Positions 10,159 through 17,225 of a stretch of DNA of 41,517 bases are shown here, in pieces. The notes under the pieces are model-generated. The model was not told where the DNA came from and did no database searches. It worked only from the letters and a program-made list of their open reading frames with translations. The first letter of the stretch is position 1, and each line of letters begins with the position of its first letter. The DNA comes from Marinosulfonomonas sp. (GTDB lineage: Bacteria; Pseudomonadota; Alphaproteobacteria; Rhodobacterales; Rhodobacteraceae), in NCBI GenBank assembly GCA_026989405.1, contig JALSJL010000469.1:1-41517 (forward strand). The letters are read 5' to 3'. The position numbers were made by a program, and so were the translations under genes.

Positions 10159-11547
10159 ATGGCAAACTATGACGTGATCATCATCGGGGCCGGTCCGGGC
10201 GGCTATGTCTGCGCCATCCGGTGCGCCCAACTGGGCCTGAAGACCGCCGTGATCGAAGGGCGCGAAACGCTCGGCGGCACCTGCCTGAACGTCGGCTGCA
10301 TCCCCTCCAAGGCCCTGCTGCATGCAACCCATTGCCTGCATGATGCCGAAACCAATTTTGCCAGGATGGGCCTCAAGGGGAAATCGCCCTCGGTCGACTG
10401 GAAACAGATGCAGGTCTACAAGGATGACGTTGTCGGACAGAACACCAAGGGCATCGAATTCCTGTTCAAAAAGAACAAGATAGACTGGATTAAGGGCTGG
10501 GGGTCGATCCCTGCGCCTGGCAAGGTCAAGGTGGGCGAAGAGCTGCACGAAGCCCGCCATATCGTGATCGCCACCGGGTCTCAAAGCGCCACGATCCCCG
10601 GTGTCGAGATTGATGAAGACCGCGTGATCTCATCGACAGGCGCACTGTCTCTGGCCAAGCCCCCCAAGTCTCTTCTGGTCATCGGTGCGGGCGTCATCGG
10701 GCTGGAAATGGGCTCGGTCTATGCCCGTCTCGGCGCCCGTGTGACAGTTGTCGAATATCTCGATGCCATCACGCCGGGCATGGACAGGGACGTGCAGAAA
10801 ACCCTGCAAAGAATATTGAAAAAACAAGGGCTTGAGTTCATTCTGGGGGCGGCTGTCCAAGGGGTGACAAGCACAAGGACCAAGACCAGAACCACCTATC
10901 GGCTGAAAAAGGACGGCTCGGAACATGTGCTGGACGCCGATGTCGTCCTGGTTTCGACCGGGCGCCGCCCCTTTACCGACGGGCTTGGTCTCGACGGGAT
11001 CGGCGTTCAGCTGACAGAACGCGGCCAGATAGCCACCGACAGCACCTGGGCGACCACGGTTCCGGGCATTTACGCAATCGGCGACGCGATCGAGGGCCCG
11101 ATGCTCGCCCACAAGGCCGAAGATGAAGGCATGGCCGTGGCCGAGGTGCTGGCCGGCAAAAAAGGCCATGTAAATTATGGGGTTATCCCAAGCGTCATCT
11201 ATACGACCCCGGAAGTTGCCAGCGTCGGCGAAACCGAACAGAGCCTCAAGGAGGCGGGCCGTCCCTACAAGGTCGGCAAGTTTTCCTACATGGGCAACGC
11301 CCGCGCCAAGGCCGTGTTCCAGGGCGAGGGCTTCGTGAAGATCATCGCCGACAAGCAAACCGACCGCATCCTGGGCGCCCACCTCATCGGCCCCGCCGCA
11401 GGGGAGCTCATCCACGAAATCTGCGTGGCCATGGAATTCGGCGCTTCGGCCGAAGACATCGCCCTCACCTGCCACGCCCACCCCACCTGGTCCGAAGCCG
11501 TCCGCGAGGCCGCCCTGGCCTGCGGCGATGGCGCCATTCATGCGTGA
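10159..11547 (+). CDS. lpdA: dihydrolipoyl dehydrogenase (E3)
   Basis: Tracked ORF 10120..11547 trimmed to the Met at 10159 (GGAGAG RBS). [19 protein letters not shown] fold; redox-active [13 protein letters not shown] disulfide; C-terminal HAHPTWSEA. Confidence 0.95.
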   Translation: MANYDVIIIGAGPGGYVCAIRCAQLGLKTAVIEGRETLGGTCLNVGCIPSKALLHATHCLHDAETNFARMGLKGKSPSVDWKQMQVYKDDVVGQNTKGIEFLFKKNKIDWIKGWGSIPAPGKVKVGEELHEARHIVIATGSQSATIPGVEIDEDRVISSTGALSLAKPPKSLLVIGAGVIGLEMGSVYARLGARVTVVEYLDAITPGMDRDVQKTLQRILKKQGLEFILGAAVQGVTSTRTKTRTTYRLKKDGSEHVLDADVVLVSTGRRPFTDGLGLDGIGVQLTERGQIATDSTWATTVPGIYAIGDAIEGPMLAHKAEDEGMAVAEVLAGKKGHVNYGVIPSVIYTTPEVASVGETEQSLKEAGRPYKVGKFSYMGNARAKAVFQGEGFVKIIADKQTDRILGAHLIGPAAGELIHEICVAMEFGASAEDIALTCHAHPTWSEAVREAALACGDGAIHA

Positions 11548-11650
11548 TCTCAACATGTTGAGCACATGATACCAGATGGACATCTGATCGCGTGACTGCT
11601 TCTTCTTTGCAAAAATATCCTCGGGGGTGAATGGGCGCCATCGGCGCACA

Positions 11651-11696
11651 GAGGGGGCTGACAGCCCCCTCACCCGGTCGGACCCTCAAGGGTCCG
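11651..11696. terminator. two GC-rich hairpins in the convergent lpdA / GntR spacer (possible bidirectional terminators)
   Basis: GAGGGGGC-tgaca-GCCCCCTC (11651-11671) and CGGACCCT-ca-AGGGTCCG (11679-11696). There is no clear U-tract on either strand, so confidence is modest. Confidence 0.4.
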
Positions 11697-11702
11697 ATCA
11701 GA

Positions 11703-12353
11703 TCAGACCACCAGCATCCGCAACCCTTGGGTCACATCCGTGCGGACCGCCAGCCGCAACCCCGGCTCATCCCCGGCCCTGAGCGCGGCGACAATCGCCC
11801 TGTGGTGCTGCGGGACTTCAGTGCGCTGCAGACGCCCGTACAGGTGGCGCATGGTCGGACCCAACTGCAGCCAGACGGTCTCTGCAATGGCCAGCATCGC
11901 CGGCGCCTGAGCGCGCAGGTAAAGTGTGCGGTGAAATTCCAGGTTGGTGCGGATATAGCCGATTGCATCGCCCTTTGCGATCACCTGGGCCAGCACGCCA
12001 TTGATGGCCTGCAGACGATCAATCAATGCAATATGCGCCCTGGGAAGCGCGCGGCTTGCCAGTTCCGGCTCCAGCAACGCACGGACAGCGGCCAGCTCCT
12101 CGATCCGCTCGTTGCTCAGCTCCGGCGTTGCCACACGCCCCGAAGCGGTCATGGTCAGCGCCCCTTCGGCAACCAGGCGGCGCATGGCCTCGCGCGCCGG
12201 TGTCATCGAAACGTCAAATTGCCTGGCCACCCCGCGCAGCGTCAAGGCGTGTCCCGGCGGCAATTCGCCATGCATGATGCGCAACCGCAACTTTCGGTAA
12301 ATCCGGTCATGGGCAACACTTGTGGGTTCGGCAGGGCGCGGCTGGATCAACAT
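11703..12353 (-). CDS. GntR family transcriptional regulator (FadR/FCD-type C-terminal domain)
   Basis: N-terminal winged HTH (LTLRGVARQFDVSMTPAREAMRRLVAEGAL) and an all-helical C-terminal domain with His residues typical of FCD; 216 aa. Confidence 0.85.
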   Translation of the reverse strand: MLIQPRPAEPTSVAHDRIYRKLRLRIMHGELPPGHALTLRGVARQFDVSMTPAREAMRRLVAEGALTMTASGRVATPELSNERIEELAAVRALLEPELASRALPRAHIALIDRLQAINGVLAQVIAKGDAIGYIRTNLEFHRTLYLRAQAPAMLAIAETVWLQLGPTMRHLYGRLQRTEVPQHHRAIVAALRAGDEPGLRLAVRTDVTQGLRMLVV

Positions 12354-12360
12354 GCGCCAT

Positions 12361-12370
12361 TGTGATCACA
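12361..12370. promoter_or_regulatory. third copy of the TGTGATCACA palindrome, 7 nt upstream of the GntR start codon
   Basis: Exact match to the two sites upstream of sucC. It lies in the 31-bp gap between the M48 peptidase stop (12385) and the GntR ATG (12353) and fits the generic GntR-family GT-Nx-AC operator form. Confidence 0.5.
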
Positions 12371-12384
12371 GCAGGACGTTCCAG

Positions 12385-13080
12385 TCAAATGGCGAAACGA
12401 TAGGCATGCAGCAAGGCACCATTTTCGCGCAGCCATTTTCGCGGTGCGCGGTAATCCGGGCAGAGGCCTTCGACCAGATCCCAGAATGCGGGTGAATGAT
12501 TCATCTCGCACAAATGCGCGACCTCATGTGCCGCAACATAGTCAAGAACCTCCGGCGGGGCCATGATCAGTCGCCAGGAAAACATCAGGTTCCCGTCGGA
12601 CGAACAGGACCCCCAGCGCGATCTGGTGTCGCGCAAGGTCAACTTCGCATGACGGCGCCCCAGACGCGCGCCATGCAGGTCACTGGCCTCGGCAAGCTGT
12701 TGGCGCGCCCGGGTCTTCATGAACGCGGCCACTTTCGCCCCGGCCCGCTCCGATGCGCCGGGCACCAGGATCGAGCCGCCCTCAAACCGCGCCACACGCC
12801 CGTCTGCCGCAATGATTGGCACGACTTCACCGCGAAAATGGATCATGCCCCCGATCTCGACCGCAATCCTTTCATGTTGCCTGTCCAGTTGTCGCCTGAT
12901 CCAGTCTTCTTTTTCCTGGGCAAATTTCAGGGCCTCGCGGCTGCGGGTCCAGCGCGGCATCGATATCGTGACACCGCCATCCAGCCGTGACACGCGCAAC
13001 GACAGCCGGCGCGAACCTGCGTTGCGTCTGAGCTTGATAATGATCGGAGGGTCACCCTCCAGTCGCAACTGCCCCATCAC
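12385..13080 (-). CDS. M48-like / DUF45 (YgjP-like) zinc metallopeptidase-fold protein
   Basis: HEVAHLCEMNHS (HExxH plus downstream His) near the C-terminus; 231 aa, the typical size of the YgjP/DUF45 family. Confidence 0.8.
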   Translation of the reverse strand: MMGQLRLEGDPPIIIKLRRNAGSRRLSLRVSRLDGGVTISMPRWTRSREALKFAQEKEDWIRRQLDRQHERIAVEIGGMIHFRGEVVPIIAADGRVARFEGGSILVPGASERAGAKVAAFMKTRARQQLAEASDLHGARLGRRHAKLTLRDTRSRWGSCSSDGNLMFSWRLIMAPPEVLDYVAAHEVAHLCEMNHSPAFWDLVEGLCPDYRAPRKWLRENGALLHAYRFAI

Positions 13081-13250
13081 TGCTCTCTGTGTGTGTTCCG
13101 GGTCGCCCGGATTTGCGGGTCTGGGCCAGTTTGGCCAGCCCCGTGCCCACTGTCAAACACGATCCCGGCCCAAAAGCCTTTGACACCTGTGGCACGTTGT
13201 GGCAGAGGGCATCAAATCTCGTGAAATGATGAATGACGAAAGGGGTTCAC

Positions 13251-13568
13251 ATGCCCAAGGAAGAATGGGGCGTAAAACGCATTTGCCCGACCACCGGCAA
13301 GCGGTTTTACGACCTCAACAAAAAGCCGATCATCAGCCCCTACACTGGCGAAACGGTGGAAGTGGACGCAAATACCAAGACACGTGTCGCGGTCGAAAAG
13401 GTTGCGAAGAAGGCCGATGAGCCGGAAACCGTGGAAGACGACGTCCTGCTGGATGATGCAGACGTGGCCGACCCCGATGTCGCAGACGATATTCTGGAAG
13501 ACGACGACGATGACACCGTCCCGCTTGAAGAAATCGCCGACGTTGCAAAGGAAGACGACGATACCTGA
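13251..13568 (+). CDS. TIGR02300 (FYDLN_acid) family protein
   Basis: Contains the KRFYDLN signature followed by a long D/E-rich tail (…EDDVLLDDADVADPDVADDILEDDDDD…). Start chosen at the Met at 13251 (AAAGGGG RBS); the in-frame alternative is 13233. Confidence 0.75.
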   Translation: MPKEEWGVKRICPTTGKRFYDLNKKPIISPYTGETVEVDANTKTRVAVEKVAKKADEPETVEDDVLLDDADVADPDVADDILEDDDDDTVPLEEIADVAKEDDDT

Positions 13569-13649
13569 TCTGGCCGGTTTTTTTCACTTGATCTGATCCG
13601 GGCCATTCCATAGATACACCGGGCGACAGACATGCCCGTCTTCGCCTAA

Positions 13650-13725
<76 letters not shown>

Positions 13726-13746
13726 AATCACCGATCGTTTCCGCCG

Positions 13747-15066
13747 TCAGAAGACGCCCTGAAACGCGGTCGCCAGTTTTCCGGCAATCTCATCCACATG
13801 GCGATCTTCCATGATGAAGGGTGGCGCGAGCAATATGTGGTCGCCCCTCTTTCCATCGATCGTTCCACCCATCGGATAGCAAATCAGACCCGCATCGAAT
13901 GCCGCGCGTTTGAGCAGCTTGTGGGTGCCCCGTTCGGCCGGGAACGGCGCCTTGCTGTCGCGGTCTTCGACGATTTCTATTCCGAGAAACAGCCCGCGCC
14001 CCCGGATATCGCCCACATGCGGGTGTTGGCCAAAGGCATCCTGCAGCGCATCGCGCAACTGCTCTCCCCTTGAGCGGACCTGTTGCATCATCGCCGGCTC
14101 GGTAACTTTCTTCAGCACCGCCAATGCTGCGGCACAGGCTGTCGGATGGCCGACATAGGTGTGACCATGCTGAAAAAAACCTGATCCCTCTGCAATGGCC
14201 CGGTAGATCCTGCCCGAACACATCATGGCGCCAATGGGTTGATAGCCCGCGCCCAGCCCCTTTGCGACAACTGCAATGTCCGGATCGATGCCGTCCTGTT
14301 CACTGGCAAAAACCGTCCCGGTCCGGCCCATGCCGCACATGACCTCATCAAGGATCAGCAATACCCCATGACGGCTGCAGATATCGCGAATTCTCTCAAA
14401 ATATCCCGCGACCGGCGTGACCGCGCCCATGGTGGCACCCACGACCGGCTCGGCGACAAAGGCCATGACATTCTCGGCGCCAAGCCGCAGAATTTCACTT
14501 TCCAGCTCATCTGCAACACGCCGGCCGTAGTCCGCGGCGCTCTCGTCGGGGTGGCAATCACGATAGGCGTAACACGGCGAGATATGCGAGGTTTCGATCA
14601 TCATGGGCGAAAACGGCTCTCGGCGCCACATGTTGCCGCCGGTCGCAAGCGCACCAAGCGTGTTCCCATGGTAGCTTTGGCGCCGGGCAATCACCCGGTG
14701 TCTTTGCGGCTCTCCTGTTTCGAGGAAATACTGCCTTGCGAGTTTCAGGGCGGCCTCGACGGCTTCCGAGCCGCCGGATACGAAATAGACCCGGTCAAGT
14801 GAGGCTGGCGCGACGTCCACCAGCAGATCTGCAAGTTGCTCGGCCGCGTCCGAAGTGAAAAACCCGGTGTGGGCGAAGGCCACCTTGTCGATCTGCTCCT
14901 TTATGGCCGAAATGACATCCGGGTCGGAATGCCCAAGGCAAGACACGGCAGCACCGCCCGAGCCGTCGAAATACTGTTTGCCGTCGCGGTCATAAAGATA
15001 CACGCCATCGCCGCGCTCTGCGGTCGGGGGCGGCGGCCCGGCGTGTCTGGGAAATACATGGCTCAT
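13747..15066 (-). CDS. class III (omega-type) PLP aminotransferase
   Basis: 439 aa with LILDEVMCGMGRTG and GHTYVGHP motifs typical of the acetylornithine/GABA/omega-aminotransferase family. Confidence 0.85.
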   Translation of the reverse strand: MSHVFPRHAGPPPPTAERGDGVYLYDRDGKQYFDGSGGAAVSCLGHSDPDVISAIKEQIDKVAFAHTGFFTSDAAEQLADLLVDVAPASLDRVYFVSGGSEAVEAALKLARQYFLETGEPQRHRVIARRQSYHGNTLGALATGGNMWRREPFSPMMIETSHISPCYAYRDCHPDESAADYGRRVADELESEILRLGAENVMAFVAEPVVGATMGAVTPVAGYFERIRDICSRHGVLLILDEVMCGMGRTGTVFASEQDGIDPDIAVVAKGLGAGYQPIGAMMCSGRIYRAIAEGSGFFQHGHTYVGHPTACAAALAVLKKVTEPAMMQQVRSRGEQLRDALQDAFGQHPHVGDIRGRGLFLGIEIVEDRDSKAPFPAERGTHKLLKRAAFDAGLICYPMGGTIDGKRGDHILLAPPFIMEDRHVDEIAGKLATAFQGVF

Positions 15067-15185
15067 GTCAAGACCGATCCTGAATATTCATCCCTATGAA
15101 GCATGAAAGGAGCCTTCGGGCAAACTGTTGATGTGGCGGGGCCGGGCGCCCCTTGGCCGGCCGGCCGCGCTTGTCTCGACGCCCC

Positions 15186-15770
15186 TCAGCGCAGCCCGTC
15201 CCGGCCTTCTGCGTCTTCGGCCTTCAGCCCGCCGACGCGTGGCAACGGCCGGCCGCTGTCTGTGACAGCCACAGCGACAAGAATTTCGTTCGCGCGCGGC
15301 GCATCGTTCAGCCTGACCTCGATCCCGTCGAAATGGCTGCGCACATAGGCGGCGTCCTTGTGACCGAGCGGCACGTCGAGCGCTTGCCCCATGCCCCCCA
15401 TCTTTTTCGATGACGGCACCAGGGCCGCCCCTTTCCCGACCGCCTTTCGCAGCGGCGCGCCAAGTTTGGGGTGCAGGATCGCGGCGGCATGTTCCAGTTC
15501 CCCGTTTTCACCGACCATGGCCGCCTTGCCATAGCTTTGGGCGTTCTCGGCCGTGATCCCCAGGGCCGCCACGCATTTTTCGCCCAGAAGCCCGCCCAAC
15601 TCGGCGCCGATCTCGATCAGATCACTCAGGTCCTCGACGTATTTTCCGGCGCAAGGGTTGGCAATGACCGCAGCGGCCACGGCCTTGCGCGTCGGGGGCG
15701 ATATTGTCTGACCGGCTTCGCGGCATGTCTCTTCGACAAAAATGGCGATCTTCCTGATGTCGGCTTTCAT
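15186..15770 (-). CDS. 'amino acid synthesis' family protein (DUF1185 / PF06684-like), paralog 1
   Basis: 194 aa, colinear with the adjacent 195-aa paralog. Blocks NPxAGxYVE, YGKxAxVGExGELEH, VPSxKKxGG, LDVP...YVRSHFD, DAPxAxEIL; ends in DGLR. The family call is from memory of such proteins and needs an HMM check. Confidence 0.6.
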   Translation of the reverse strand: MKADIRKIAIFVEETCREAGQTISPPTRKAVAAAVIANPCAGKYVEDLSDLIEIGAELGGLLGEKCVAALGITAENAQSYGKAAMVGENGELEHAAAILHPKLGAPLRKAVGKGAALVPSSKKMGGMGQALDVPLGHKDAAYVRSHFDGIEVRLNDAPRANEILVAVAVTDSGRPLPRVGGLKAEDAEGRDGLR

Positions 15771-16354
15771 CGCAATCCATCCTCTCCCTTGATCTGCCAG
15801 GCTTCCAGCCCGCCGGACCGCGAGTGCACCCGCCCCCCGGTGCTCATGACCAGAACCAGCAGGATTTCATCGGCTTTCGGGGCATCCGCCAACCCGACCT
15901 CCATCGCATCGAAATGGCTGCGCACATATGAGGCATTGGTATGGGTAATGGGCACATCCAGCCTTGTTCCCGGGCCACCGACCTTTTTGGCCGACGGAAC
16001 GATTGCATTGCTGGAGCCGAGCAACTGGCGCATGGCATATCCTCCGGGCGCATGCCAGAGCGCGCCGTGTTCCAGCTCGCCCGCTTCCCCGACGATCGCG
16101 CCCTTGCCGTAGCCCTCGATCATGCCCGGCCCCCCGAGCATGTCGACCAGCCGTTGTGCCATTCTCAGGCCAAGCGGACGCAGGTCTTCGATGAACCCCT
16201 GGATAGTCTCGACATATCGCCCTGCGAACGGGTTTTCGACCACCGCCAGAGCAGCCGCCCGGCGTTGCGGGCTTTCGGGCGGGGGGCCGAACTCATGGAA
16301 GATATCTTCACAATGAGTGGCAAATTTCCTCAGGATCGGTTCAGGCATGTTCAA
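15767..16354 (-). CDS. 'amino acid synthesis' family protein (DUF1185 / PF06684-like), paralog 2
   Basis: 195 aa with the same conserved blocks as paralog 1. Its stop overlaps the paralog 1 start (ATGA at 15767-15770). Confidence 0.6.
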   Translation of the reverse strand: MNMPEPILRKFATHCEDIFHEFGPPPESPQRRAAALAVVENPFAGRYVETIQGFIEDLRPLGLRMAQRLVDMLGGPGMIEGYGKGAIVGEAGELEHGALWHAPGGYAMRQLLGSSNAIVPSAKKVGGPGTRLDVPITHTNASYVRSHFDAMEVGLADAPKADEILLVLVMSTGGRVHSRSGGLEAWQIKGEDGLR

Positions 16355-17225
16355 CCCTTCCAGAGCCGGGGGCGGTCATTGGCAGATGCCCCACCATACG
16401 GTGCGCGCCCCGCAGAAACAAAGCGGCGGCTTCGATCAGCCCGGCCCGATGAAATGCTTGCGCGCGCCTCTGTCCCCGGTCGAGCGCCCGGCGGATATCA
16501 CCACGAGACAGCTCTCCGACCGCGGTCACAACCGCGCGCGCGCCCAGATCGCTGTCGGGCTGAAGCGCGTTCGCCGGCGCACGGGAAATGGCCGGGTGCC
16601 GCGGCAGGTCGACGTCGTTGGCGATCAGCGTGGCCGCAACATCGGCCGCGGCGGCAGACCGGGCCAGAACGGTCACGCTGTCGGCGATACCCATGGACAG
16701 CGAACGCCCGCCAAGGCCGCTGGTCGCAAGACCGCGCACCTTCGTCTCGGCGTCCACCGAGACCACCCCAAGCCGGTGGCCTTGCGGCCCTGCAATCGCC
16801 ACCTCGAAACCGGGGCGGGGCGTGCAGTTCGGCGAAAGATGCAGCGCAATGTCTCCGCCGTTGTTCACATAGGCCCGCCGCAAGGGGGCGGCCGCCTGCA
16901 TGGCCGCCAGCACCTCTTCGGCAACGGCGCCGGCAACGGCCGCCATGGGCGTCACGAAAACCCCGTCGAGCCCGCGAACCGCGGCGCCCATGCGGGCTGC
17001 GACGGCGCCCTCGAACCGGGTGTCGACCCCCACGGGACGGCGCAGAAGCGCAAGCTCCGACACCAGTTCTTCAAGGATCGAGGCAAACCGCCCCTGTGCC
17101 GCCGAAAAGGCGTCCGGGTGCGCAGCTTCGGCCCCGATGATCAGATCGATCGGACCGTGCTGCAGATGCAACCGCTTGCCGGAAAGCCAGGTAGAACGTG
17201 GCCCCATCATGGTTTGCCGTCCCAT
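16341..17225 (-). CDS. UPF0280 family protein (ApbE-like fold suspected)
   Basis: About 290-aa ORF overlapping both neighbours. The alternative start at 17210 would give an ATGA overlap with the upstream stop. The family call rests on memory of this conserved neighbourhood (hnr - UPF0280 - DUF1185) and on size; needs an HMM check. Confidence 0.5.
   Translation of the reverse strand: MGRQTMMGPRSTWLSGKRLHLQHGPIDLIIGAEAAHPDAFSAAQGRFASILEELVSELALLRRPVGVDTRFEGAVAARMGAAVRGLDGVFVTPMAAVAGAVAEEVLAAMQAAAPLRRAYVNNGGDIALHLSPNCTPRPGFEVAIAGPQGHRLGVVSVDAETKVRGLATSGLGGRSLSMGIADSVTVLARSAAAADVAATLIANDVDLPRHPAISRAPANALQPDSDLGARAVVTAVGELSRGDIRRALDRGQRRAQAFHRAGLIEAAALFLRGAHRMVGHLPMTAPGSGRVEHA

Noticed and set aside
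13180-13204. TTGACA (13180-13185) plus direct repeat TGTGGCA (13188-13194, 13198-13204) as the promoter of the FYDLN-acid gene
   Set aside because: There is no acceptable -10 element at the right spacing, and 7-mers this short recur by chance. It is too weak to report as a feature.
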